Assembly: GCA_963740085.1 (NCBI GenBank)
Contig: CAVUCU010000001.1
Coordinates: forward strand, 1,152,001 to 1,216,000
Length of the DNA: 64,000 nt
Direction of reading: 5' to 3'
Origin: Nitrospirota bacterium
GTDB taxonomy: Bacteria > Nitrospirota > UBA9217
The position numbers and the translations under genes are program-made. This document shows, one piece after another, positions 30,809 to 40,893 of the stretch. Position 1 is the stretch's first letter; each line of letters opens with the position of its first letter. The notes beneath the pieces were generated by a model. It was given only the letters and a program-made list of their open reading frames with translations. It searched no databases and had not been told where the DNA came from.

Positions 30809-31867
30809 ATGAATAAACAAATAAATTTAGAGACGAATAACAATAACTTCAATATCATTAGATTCTTGGCCGCATCTCTCGTAGTATTCAGTCATTCATT
30901 CCCACTATCAAAATCAGAGGAGCCTCTTGCAAATTTAAGTGGTTTTTTAACTTTCGGATTGTTGGCAGTCTATATTTTTGTTTTTATAAGTGGCTTCTTA
31001 GTGACTAAGAGTTGGATAGATACACACGATAATGCATTGTTTATAAAAAAACGATTTCTAAGAATCTTCCCGGGACTGATAAGCGTAACATTATTTAGTG
31101 CTTTCATAATTGGACCCCTCGTTACTTATGTTCCGCTCGCTGAATACCTAAAAGACCCACTCACCATTATATATTTAAGAAACATTTATTTATATCCTCT
31201 TTCCTCTCACCTGCCTGGTGTCTTCGAAAATAATCCATTCCCTCATGTTGTTAATGGCTCCCTATGGTTGATACCTGTATTAGTTCTTCTGTATGCCTCT
31301 CTTGCTATTTTTGGCCTACTGAAATTAATTAATAGAAAGCCTTATATGGCATTATTTACTGTTTTTCTTTTTGTGCTATTATTCCTCGATATGTCAAATC
31401 CCTTTTTGGGCAATCGGGCAATCCTTTATATGCCTGCTGATGATTTGTTGTACTCATCACTATTCTTCTATGTTGGAGTGTTGTGCTATCTTTATCGAGA
31501 TAGAATTGTTTTAAAACATAGCCTGGCTATACTATCAGTAATATTACTTCTTTTGTCTTTTGAACTACCTCAGGGACTTGTAATTAGCTTTTTTACTTTG
31601 CCATATTTAACACTATATTTTGCTTTTCTCGATATTTCAGCACTGCGGAAATTTAATCGAATGACAGATTTGTCTTATGGTATTTATCTTTATGCGTATC
31701 CAATACAACAGACTATTATGCATTTTTTTAGAAAACAATTAAATGTCATAGCATTTTTCACAGTATCATATTTTATTACGCTTATTATTGCCTACCTTTC
31801 AGCGCATCTAATTGAGAAACCATTTCTGAAATTCAAGAATGTACGAGTTATCGCAAGTCATCAATAA
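30809..31867 (+). CDS. Acyltransferase-3 (OafA/YrhL-like) membrane O-acyltransferase
   Basis: IRFLAASLVVFSHS, FISGFLV, KRFLRIFP, NGSLW, SYGIYLY and IEKPF motifs. Confidence 0.9.
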   Translation: MNKQINLETNNNNFNIIRFLAASLVVFSHSFPLSKSEEPLANLSGFLTFGLLAVYIFVFISGFLVTKSWIDTHDNALFIKKRFLRIFPGLISVTLFSAFIIGPLVTYVPLAEYLKDPLTIIYLRNIYLYPLSSHLPGVFENNPFPHVVNGSLWLIPVLVLLYASLAIFGLLKLINRKPYMALFTVFLFVLLFLDMSNPFLGNRAILYMPADDLLYSSLFFYVGVLCYLYRDRIVLKHSLAILSVILLLLSFELPQGLVISFFTLPYLTLYFAFLDISALRKFNRMTDLSYGIYLYAYPIQQTIMHFFRKQLNVIAFFTVSYFITLIIAYLSAHLIEKPFLKFKNVRVIASHQ

Positions 31868-31909
31868 TATTTTCTCCCTAAACGCAGAGATCTCCTGAAA
31901 TTGATTTAT

Positions 31910-32030
31910 CCTATAAACGGCAGTTGGCCACCAGGCGCAGAGGGCACAGACAAAAGCTTGAAAATTTTAACGCTATTCTCGTTCACAGAGTTTTTCTTCT
32001 ACTTTGTGCTCTCTGGGAATTGTGTGGCTA
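31910..32030. repeat. REP-like palindromic element between convergent genes
   Basis: CCTATAAACGGCAGTT leader with arms GCCACCAGGCGCAGAGGGCACAGA and TTTGTGCTCTCTGGGAATTGTGTGGC. Confidence 0.55.
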
Positions 32031-32093
32031 AAAAGCTTTTCGCCTTTATCAGATTTCACCTTCCTCTAAAAGCTCTCTTCCTGATCATACCGT

Positions 32094-33817
32094 TCATTTA
32101 GCACTCTTCCGGAGACGCGCTCTATTTTCCTCGGCACGGGGGATGTAATCCCGATATTCCAGAGGTACGTTCTTCAGGAACAGGTCGTACTGGGCCGCCG
32201 CCTCCTCCGGCCTCCCTGTCTTCTCGAAAACAAGGGCCAGATTAAAGCGGGCCATCGCGTTGGCAGGGTCGGCATCAAGGGCGGCCTTGAACCAGTGTTC
32301 GGCCTTGCCAAGATCCCCCTTGACCGCGGCGAAAGAGCCGAGCTGGGTCATCGCGCCGGAATTCGCCGGGTCAAGGCGGAGTGTCTCCAGCCACTCCCGT
32401 TCCGCCCCTTTCAGGTCGCCTGCGTCTCTCAGCGAGTTGCCCAAATTGAAGTGTCCGACAGAGGAGCCGGGGTCCGTTCGCACCACACTGCCAAAGAGTG
32501 CGATATCGTCTTTCCAATCCCGGTTCCGGTTCGCAGTCACCCCGCCGAGCAGGACCAGGACAATTGCCGCAACGGTCGCAAGCGCCTTGCTGTTGTGCGA
32601 CTTCCGATACAACGCATATCCGCGGTCCGCGACGATGACCCAGAGCCCGATTGCAGGGAGGTACAGATAGCGCTCGGCCATGGGGGTGCTCGGTATCGGT
32701 ATAATGTTGGAGATCGGCAGATAATTCAGCGCAAACCAGAACAGGCCTATCAATACGGGAACGCTTCTGGTCCGGAGAAGAAGCCATAGTACAAAGACGA
32801 TCAGGGCCCAGACCGGAATGAGCCACGGCATATCGCCGATGGTCGGAGCGGAAACGGAATGCATGATATTCAAATCCGAGGGAAAGAGGAGAAGCCGAAG
32901 GTATTGCGGGATCACGATAAGGTTGCCTGCCAGCCTGCCAGGCAGGCCGGCGATGATGCCGGTTGAGCCGACGGCCCCGCCTACCGCAAGAACCCTTAGG
33001 ACCGCGTAGGCCCCCGCGAACGCAAGGTGAGGAAGGAGCACAGCGATTTTCATCTTCGGTAAGTTTTTTCCTGAGCCGGAATCGTGAATACCATGGCGGC
33101 CATTACGACGATCGCAAGGGCGGCCGGCTCCTTGCTCAAGAGCCCCAGGAACCAGAGGAAGCCTGACAAGACCAGCCGGCCCCAGGAACCCCTCATCAAC
33201 CCCTCATGGAAAACAAGGATCGACGACAGGACGAAGAAGAGGCTGAGGAGGGTGTTCCTTGCAGAGAGGAAGTTGACGGCTTCCGCGTTGATCGGATGCA
33301 CGGCGAACAGAGCTGCTGCCAGCACGGCCGGCGCTGCCGTGCGAAAGAAGCGAAGACCCAGGAGGAAAAGAAGAAGGACGTTCAACAGGTGGATCAGCAC
33401 ATTAACGGCGTGGAAACCCGCCGGCCGCATGCCGAAGAGCTGGTAATCGAGAAGATAGGAAGCGCGGTTCAGGGGCCGGTAGTAGGGCTTCACCACGTCG
33501 GGCGAGAGCATCAGCGTCGCTGCTCCGGACAGGTCCCGCACCGCCGGATCGTTGACGATGATGAACTCATCGTCCCAGACGAATCCATTGACGAGGCTGT
33601 TGCCGTAGACCGCGAGAGTGAGCAGGGCAAGGAACAACAAGGCGGCGCGATTGCCCCGGATAGCGGACAGCGCTGCGATGCTCATGATGCCGGCCCAGGC
33701 GAGAAGGGAGTACGATGTCGTTGTTGCCTCATGCGTGACCATCTCCTTGCTGCATATTATATGATTCAACGCCGACGCGGAACAAACCTTTACAACTTGT
33801 CTACCACGGATATTCAC
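32094..33817 (-). CDS. TMTC-like GT-C glycosyltransferase with TPRs; frameshift near 33060; start probably about 33685
   Basis: WDDEFII, YYRPL, HPINAEAVN and LLSKE motifs in ORF 33050..33817; MAERYLYLP and TPRs in ORF 32094..33053. Confidence 0.85.
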
Positions 33818-34746
33818 CGATTTGCACGGAACTAATTATTGATTTTAAATCTTCATAATATATTAAGAATCTATGAGACTAATTCTTGTGTTCAGCCGAT
33901 TCCCGTTCGGTAACATGTTGAGTTCGAGATACTGCCTGGCATCGACGATGAAGTATGATAGGAAGCTTATGTTGAACCTTATTTTCTTGAATGAAATCGG
34001 GCCGGATATTGGCCACTAAAACTGCAGACATCGATAGTGCAACGTTCTGCACAAAACTACCTCATAGACTGTCTCGATAAGTCTTTGGCCCATTTCATAT
34101 AAATTTATTATCTCGTCCATGATATTCCGTGGCCTTTTCCGTGGTAAATGGTTGAAAAAACATTTACTACTTGCTTACCACGGATTTTCACTGAATTACA
34201 CGGAACAATCATAAAACTCTTCTTATAAATTCAAAGGTATCTCCGCCAAAATTAAACAAAAGGCCTACTCTAAGTTTGGTTGTCTTAAGATAATTTATCA
34301 GTTGTGCTTCGTCCTGCCTGGATATTTTCTTTATCGCCTTATTTTCTAGAAGTATTTTATTTTCCACTAAGAGATCGGCACGAAACCTACGTTCAAAAAT
34401 AGCATCCTTATAATGGACATCTAACTCCTGTTGCCTTTGATAGGCTATCTTCAGTGAATTGAGTTCATAACATAAAGCATCTTCATAAACCGATTCCAGA
34501 TAACCTGGTCCAAGTTCTTTATGTACTTCCCGACCCGCCCCGATAATTTTATATGTCAGCTCTTCATATAATAAATTATTCATTATCTCGTCCGCAATAT
34601 TCCGTGGCTTTCCCGTGGTAAATGATGGAAATAACCCTTACGCCTTGTTTACCGCTGATTTTCACAGAATTACACGGAACAATCAAAAGATTCTTCTTAT
34701 AAATTCAAAGGGGTCTCCGTGATATTCCGTGGCCTTTTCCGTGGTA
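33802..34746. mobile_element. Three-unit array of inverted-repeat-bounded elements; the middle unit carries GxxExxY
   Basis: Left arm TACCACGGA...CACGGAA at 33802, 34176 and 34650 (the last degenerate). Right arm TTCCGTGG...CCGTGGTA at 34125, 34600 and 34725. Linkers between units are similar. Mobility is inferred only. Confidence 0.55.
34209..34583 (-). CDS. GxxExxY protein (PD-(D/E)xK nuclease-like)
   Basis: VHKELGPGYLESVYE, RADLLVENKILLENKA and AQLINYLK motifs. Confidence 0.93.
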   Translation of the reverse strand: MNNLLYEELTYKIIGAGREVHKELGPGYLESVYEDALCYELNSLKIAYQRQQELDVHYKDAIFERRFRADLLVENKILLENKAIKKISRQDEAQLINYLKTTKLRVGLLFNFGGDTFEFIRRVL

Positions 34747-34806
34747 AATGCCTCAATTTAATTTTTATTCAACCCTGATAGTTGCCAAAATTTTCACCTT
34801 CCCTTA

Positions 34807-36663
34807 CTACGGAGATCTCTTCTTCATGCGCATCGCCTCATCGAGGCTGCGGCGGGCCTGCGCGAAGTCCGGTTTCAGCCGCAGGGCCTCGGTAAAATGC
34901 TCGATGCTTTCATCGATGTGCCCCTGCCGTAAGAGCGCAACGCCCAAACCATAGTGCGCATCCGCATAGTCCGGCTTTATCCGCAGGGCTTCCTTAAATT
35001 GCACGATGCTTTCATCAAGTTTTCCCTGCGAGCCCAGGATGACGCCGATGATGTGGTGTATCCCTTCGTTTTCGGGATCACTGCGGAGTCCCGCATAATA
35101 TTGATCAAGCGCCTCGTCATTCCTGCCTTGATTCATGAGAACAAATCCAAGCAAAAAGTGTGCTTCCGAGGAGTCGGGTTTCAGGCGCAGTGCCTTGTTC
35201 TGCGTAGACCGCGGCTTCATCCATTCTCCCCTGCCTGACCAGGACATTTCCCATGCCGATCAGCGCGCGGTCATATTCGGGCCAGATCCGCAGGGATTCG
35301 GAATATTGGGTTATCGCTTCGTCAAACCTGCCGTTCTTGGCAAGGGCAAGGCCCAGGGCTTCATGAGCGATGTAGTTGCCGGAAACCGACGATGCTGCAT
35401 GGCTGAAAAGGGTGATGCTGTTCTTCCAGTAGCCGAGCTGGAGCCAGGTGACGCCGAACACGCAATGAGCAGGATGATGGCGACGGCCGACACGGCAGCG
35501 CGCCGGACCCGGTCGTTCCCTGCCGCGATCCGCATTCCCCATGCCAGCATGATGAAAATTCCGATGAGCGGCAGGTAGGTGTAGCGGTCCGCCATTGACT
35601 GGCTCCCGACCTGTACCAGGCCGATGACCGGCACGAGCGTCACGAGATACCACAGCCAGCCGACCAGAAAATACGGGTGCCGCTTAGCCGAGCGTATCAC
35701 CAGGAACGATACCCCCCCGAGGAACGCGCCGGCGAACAGTCCCTGCGCTATCGTCAGCGTGATCGGCAGCGGATAAAGTACGGCGAGGTCAACCGGCCAG
35801 ACCATCTTGGCCAGGTAAAGAACGTAAGCCCACAGCGCGTTGATAAATCGGAAGGTAATTGGCACCACCTTGATGGAAGACATCGCCCCGCCTTTGTGTT
35901 GCGCATAGATGGTAACGATGCTGGAGGCAGCGGTGAGAGCGAAGAAGGGGGCCTTCTCCCACAGTAAACTCCAGGGGAAGCGTTTTTGAGCCGCCGAAGC
36001 GGGTTCTTTCCGCGTCAGCAGGCCGGCCTGCCCGAACTGGAGACGCCCGAGGGGCCAATAATCCAGCAGCAGGAGAACGATCGGCAATGTCACCAGCATA
36101 GGCTTTGCCATGAGGCCAAGAGCGAAGGAGCAGAGGGTCAATAGGTATCTCGTGGGTCCCGGACGTTTGACATACCAGGCATACAGCAGCAAGGTAACCA
36201 TCCAGAAAAAAGCGCTCAGAACGTCCTTGCGCTCCGCCACCCATGCGACAGATTCCACGTGGAGGGGATGGAGCGCGAACAGGGCGGCGACAAATACGCT
36301 TTGCCAGTATGCACCGGTCATCCTTAACAGAAGCAGGAACAGCAGGACTGTGTTGATCGAATGGAACAGCACATTTACGAGATGGTGAGGGCCTGGATCG
36401 AGTCCGAACAACTGGACATCCAGCATATGCGACAACCATGTCAACGGGTGCCAGTTGGACGCGTAGGTGGAGGTGAACGCCCAGATGAATCCGTCCGCGG
36501 TCAAGCCTGGTCTTACATGGGGATTTTCGAAGATGTACTTCCCGTCATCGAAGTTCACGAACTGGTAACCGCCAACCTGCCAGTAAACCGCGAAGGTAAC
36601 GACGATCATGAGCAGGCTCATCAGTGTCTTGTTCTGCATGGCTTGTGTTAAGGATGGTCGCAT
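34807..36663 (-). CDS. TMTC-like GT-C glycosyltransferase with TPRs; frameshifts near 35455 and 35200
   Basis: NFDDGKYI, NWHPLTWLSH, HPLHVESVAWVAERKD and ADRYTYLP motifs; TPRs in ORFs 35117..35653 and 34807..35247. Confidence 0.88.
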
Positions 36664-36776
36664 AGTTAGATCCGGATACCTTTCCGATGCTTACATCTTC
36701 CGCTAGAATTAGACTGTCTCTTCAGTATTATTTCGCAATTACTCCAGTCCTCTGAAAAAAGCATGAATAAAGACTT

Positions 36777-36897
36777 TGCCACAAAAAGCACATAAGTCAC
36801 AAAATGAGCTTCATAATTTCAATGGTTTGAAAACCAAAAATACACAACAGTATAATATCTCTTTTTTCATGTTTGAGTCCTTCGTGTTTATGTGGCC
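36777..36897. repeat. REP-like palindromic element
   Basis: Arms GCCACAAAAAGCACATAAGTCACAAA and TTTGAGTCCTTCGTGTTTATGTGGC. Confidence 0.5.
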
Positions 36898-36988
36898 ACC
36901 ACCACGAAGGAGAGGTAAGAAATTGGTCAAGGATGTATCTACACTTGATCTGAGTTATATTTCGACACCTTATTTTTGAGGTCATCGG

Positions 36989-38782
36989 TCAGATAAAGCG
37001 CCAGCCGCCTTCGATAGTTCCATTGCCCTCTGTTCCGGCGGACACTGATTCATCGGTTTGCCCCAAATTCATCAGAGCTATCGCATAGTTATGGTAGACA
37101 TTGCTATAAAATCGGGCCAATATGACTTCATTGGGGTTGATCGCAGGACGGGTCTCGCCCATTTCACGGACTTCAGCAGGCTCGAATCGCAGTGAGTCTT
37201 TAATGATATCTTTTACGCTCTGCCAATCATTATTGTTTACTGCTTGCTCCATTTTCGGGGTGTAAAATACATCATAGGTGGCCATGTAGTCTTGGGCACG
37301 GATCAAAGGGACATCTTCTGTCAGAGGTCTCCCCATCCAGAAGACCAATAGTCCAACCGCGAGTACGGCAAATGCAAGTCTTTGGAAATCCCGGGTCTGT
37401 ACCCATGACGAGATGCGTAACAATGCGAGTGCTGCAAAAGGAATAAGGAGAGCAATTAGAGCCACTCTGTATCGGGATAGAACATGGAAAGCCAGCAGCA
37501 TCGGCACATTGCAAATAGTCATAATAAGGATAGGCCATATTTTTTTTCGACTAGGGAACGCCAATATTAAACCGAGGACTGATAACGGTCCTAATACATA
37601 AAATGTCAGCAGGGGACGAAGGATCGAAGCATACTTGCCATATAAATAGTAATTAGTATTGTCCGGTATTTCATACCAGTGAAAAATCAAGCTAAACTTG
37701 CGCCATAGCAGTGCAAAATAACTTAGAAGTCCTGAATGAGTGCGAATTGTCTCCACGATCGCAGGCAGAATATGACCATCGCTCATTCCCATTATGGCTG
37801 ACATATATCGACTGATTATGAAACCTCTTTCGGGTGAGGCGTCCACTGTATTGTCGAGAACAAAAGTACTAGTACCTACGGCGGAAATGGATAAAGGTGA
37901 CGCCCCAACAATGATGTTGCGAACTAAAGCTGGAGAGAGTGCGACGACCACACCGACCAGCAACCCTGTTGCCATACGAAAGAATAATTTGGGATTTTTG
38001 AAGTATCGGAGGATCAATACAGCCAACAATCCAAACCAGTAAAGTGCGAATGTTGACTTGAGGAGTATTGCTGCTCCACATGTAGTGCCAACCAAGAACC
38101 AGCGAAATACAGTCTCTCGTTCCAGGGTCCGGTCAGTTAGCTCTACCAAGACCAGTGTCATAAATATGATCATCGTCGAACGATCCAGTATCATCTCATA
38201 ATAGAGCATAGGGCCACAGAGTACGGCAAGCGTAACCGCCAAGATTGCCACTAGATCACCAAAATGGCGTCGGGTGATACTGAATATCAAGGCAATATTC
38301 AGAATCCCCAAGATCATCTGCCAACAAAAAACCCAACGGACATCTGATCCGAACAGCTTATATGTGATTGCAATCAGGTAAGGATACAGAGGTTCTTGAT
38401 GAAACGTTTTCTCACCATACCAGTGATTCCACAATAAACGGGAGGGGTCAACTACCGAGGAACCCGGATCGTCAGAGACATACTTCTGAATTGCATCAGG
38501 GTTTGTCCGAAAATATTCCGCTGCAATCTCACGATGCCAATTATTATAGGGATGAACGGCCTGATCTGTAAGCCAGTCCCCCCCGGATATTTTTTTAGCC
38601 CAGTGGTCAAAAAAGTTCATGTCTGTCTCTTCCCAGAGATGTTGTGAAATTAAAGGACCGGCGTTAATTTCGGCGAAATAAATGATTCGCATAAGTCCAG
38701 CTAGAACAAGCAGTAACATCAGCACCAGCTGAAGATTTGTCTTTTTCTTGTGATTAAATATCGATATGCTGAATTGGTGCAT
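36989..38782 (-). CDS. ArnT/PMT-2-like (GT-C) polyprenyl-phosphate-sugar glycosyltransferase
   Basis: Multiple TM helices; ETD..FDHWA loop, PLYPYLIA, EIPDN and RYR motifs; TPR-like tail. Confidence 0.75.
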   Translation of the reverse strand: MHQFSISIFNHKKKTNLQLVLMLLLVLAGLMRIIYFAEINAGPLISQHLWEETDMNFFDHWAKKISGGDWLTDQAVHPYNNWHREIAAEYFRTNPDAIQKYVSDDPGSSVVDPSRLLWNHWYGEKTFHQEPLYPYLIAITYKLFGSDVRWVFCWQMILGILNIALIFSITRRHFGDLVAILAVTLAVLCGPMLYYEMILDRSTMIIFMTLVLVELTDRTLERETVFRWFLVGTTCGAAILLKSTFALYWFGLLAVLILRYFKNPKLFFRMATGLLVGVVVALSPALVRNIIVGASPLSISAVGTSTFVLDNTVDASPERGFIISRYMSAIMGMSDGHILPAIVETIRTHSGLLSYFALLWRKFSLIFHWYEIPDNTNYYLYGKYASILRPLLTFYVLGPLSVLGLILAFPSRKKIWPILIMTICNVPMLLAFHVLSRYRVALIALLIPFAALALLRISSWVQTRDFQRLAFAVLAVGLLVFWMGRPLTEDVPLIRAQDYMATYDVFYTPKMEQAVNNNDWQSVKDIIKDSLRFEPAEVREMGETRPAINPNEVILARFYSNVYHNYAIALMNLGQTDESVSAGTEGNGTIEGGWRFI

Positions 38783-38856
38783 TTATACACTCCAATAGAT
38801 CAATAAAGTTACCAATTTATTCATTGCAGCTTAATGTCAAGGATAGTAATTATTTA

Positions 38857-39552
38857 TCATTCATCTACCTTTTCGAGAATTGCCACAAAATGCCATTCAG
38901 GCCGCAAAATATTTTTAATTATGGGAAGATGACCATAAATCTGAAAGCCAATATCAAATCTATTTATTTTTAAATTAAGTTCGTCGCAAATAGTTTTGAA
39001 TCTATTAATTGTAAAGTATTTCATGGGTAGAGGCACGCCATATCCCCAATTACCTATAATATCCATAAGCTTTAACACCATTCTTGAATAAAGTGAATAC
39101 TCTAAACTATCCTTTATGATGATATTTCCCCCTACTCTACGGGCCTCTTTTAATAAATAATTAATATTTTCATTTGCATGATGTAGAACGTCACAAAAAA
39201 GAACTATATCGATAGAATTATCAGCAAATGGCAAGTCTTTTCCATTAAATTTTTTGTAACAGCTCCATTTTTCGCTATCCCTAAGATTCTTTGGCAGATC
39301 ATAAATATCTAAACAGTTCCAATTTGTTTCAGGAACATTATTGGCTATTATCTCCATGATACCAAGGTCTCCACAACCAACATCTATGCACTTAACGCTG
39401 GTTCTATTCCCAACAATATCACTAAAATATTTTACAAGTATTTTGGCAAGAATATCTTTTCTCCGGCCATGGGATAATTTCTGATGAAACGCATTGATAA
39501 TTTTGTGAATAAATTTTATTTCAGCTGTATGTTTAGCAATAGGAGAACTCAT
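38857..39552 (-). CDS. Class I SAM-dependent methyltransferase
   Basis: IDVGCGD and LPFADNSIDIVLFCDVLHH motifs. Confidence 0.9.
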   Translation of the reverse strand: MSSPIAKHTAEIKFIHKIINAFHQKLSHGRRKDILAKILVKYFSDIVGNRTSVKCIDVGCGDLGIMEIIANNVPETNWNCLDIYDLPKNLRDSEKWSCYKKFNGKDLPFADNSIDIVLFCDVLHHANENINYLLKEARRVGGNIIIKDSLEYSLYSRMVLKLMDIIGNWGYGVPLPMKYFTINRFKTICDELNLKINRFDIGFQIYGHLPIIKNILRPEWHFVAILEKVDE

Positions 39553-39584
39553 ATGGCCCTTATTAATTATAAATAAATTCGCAC

Positions 39585-40763
39585 TTAATCTAGTTTATCA
39601 GTGACATTTTTGCCAATGGGACTACTTGTTTTAATGAAAAGCATGGATAGCAGAAAACCGTTGAAAATGGCTTGAGCGGATATTGTTATGAGCGTAAGTG
39701 CTGGAATAATGCGTCTCATAGTCACTCTGTAGTCCAGGTCAGGGAAACCGGCAGAATACCAATCCCAGAATGTAAATCCGAAGATAGTTAGACCAGCAAA
39801 CCCTAGAGCTAAAGCAATAACTAATAGTTTTTCAAGTGAGAACTTTCGCAATCGCCCTATATATGGTGAAGTCGTTGGCAAAATACCTGCAAGATGCGCG
39901 TAGAGATTAGCAAACAGACCCGTAAAAATCGTCTGAATGCCCAAGACTGCCATAAAAGCTGTGGTGAGGAGTGAGTGTACATCAAGGTTGGCAGCACCAA
40001 TTCTGACTGTACCGCGAAGAAGCATTATTGCGAGGATTGATGCGATCAATACAAGAGCAAAGCCCGGATAGATAAATAACCACGTTGGGGCATGCAAAAG
40101 CATGAAACGAAGATGACGCCAGCCATCACGCCAACGCCGAAGGTGAGGCGGCCGCTCACGACCATCCTTGTACAGGTTAATTGGAACTTCAGTCATCCTA
40201 AGACCGTTGAGTTTAGCCTTGATGACCATTTCAGATGCCCATTCCATTCCTGTAGTTACTAAGCCAATTCCGAGTACTTTATCACGTCTAAAACCGCGCA
40301 TCCCACAATGGAAATCACTTGTATTAATACTGAAAAAAATTTTGCCAATTAATGTGAGTACTGGATTCCCGATGAATCGGTTCAGCTTCGGCATAGATCC
40401 AGGCATTATAGTGCCTTTGATGCGCGTCCCCATACAGACATCATAGCCCTCTTCAAGCTTTTGAAGCATCGGATACGCCTCATCAAAATGGTAGCTATCG
40501 TCGCTGTCCCCCATAATGATATATTCGCCTTCAGCATGCTCAATCCCATACTGCAAAGCGGCGCCATAACCACGTGTCGAGCAATGAATGACTCGAGCCC
40601 CAACTTTTTCAGCAATCTCTTGGCTTCCGTCAGTCGAGCCATTGTCGGAAATTAAAATTTCTCCATCAAGTTTATGCTTTTCGATAAGTTCTTTAGCTCT
40701 CCGAATACAAGCAGGTAAGGTCAGAGCTTCGTTTAGGCATGGCATGAGAATTGTTATCTTCAC
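39585..40763 (-). CDS. GT2 polyprenol-phosphate glycosyltransferase (DPM1-like) with C-terminal TM helices
   Basis: MPCLNE, DNGSTDGS, GYGAAL, GDSDDSY, DFHCGMR and WRDGWRHLRF motifs. Confidence 0.92.
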   Translation of the reverse strand: MKITILMPCLNEALTLPACIRRAKELIEKHKLDGEILISDNGSTDGSQEIAEKVGARVIHCSTRGYGAALQYGIEHAEGEYIIMGDSDDSYHFDEAYPMLQKLEEGYDVCMGTRIKGTIMPGSMPKLNRFIGNPVLTLIGKIFFSINTSDFHCGMRGFRRDKVLGIGLVTTGMEWASEMVIKAKLNGLRMTEVPINLYKDGRERPPHLRRWRDGWRHLRFMLLHAPTWLFIYPGFALVLIASILAIMLLRGTVRIGAANLDVHSLLTTAFMAVLGIQTIFTGLFANLYAHLAGILPTTSPYIGRLRKFSLEKLLVIALALGFAGLTIFGFTFWDWYSAGFPDLDYRVTMRRIIPALTLITISAQAIFNGFLLSMLFIKTSSPIGKNVTDKLD

Positions 40764-40893
40764 TGTTTTCCGCCTTTATTCAATCTAAGCTCTAAATATG
40801 ATGTTGGCAATCTCACCTGTGTATGACAAGTTGCAGCATCAGAATTGCGGGTATTTGTACCTTCTTCAAAGATACAACTCTAGCAAATACATT

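Noticed and set aside
30456-31900. Integron gene cassettes
   Set aside because: No recognisable attC sites and no integrase in the window.
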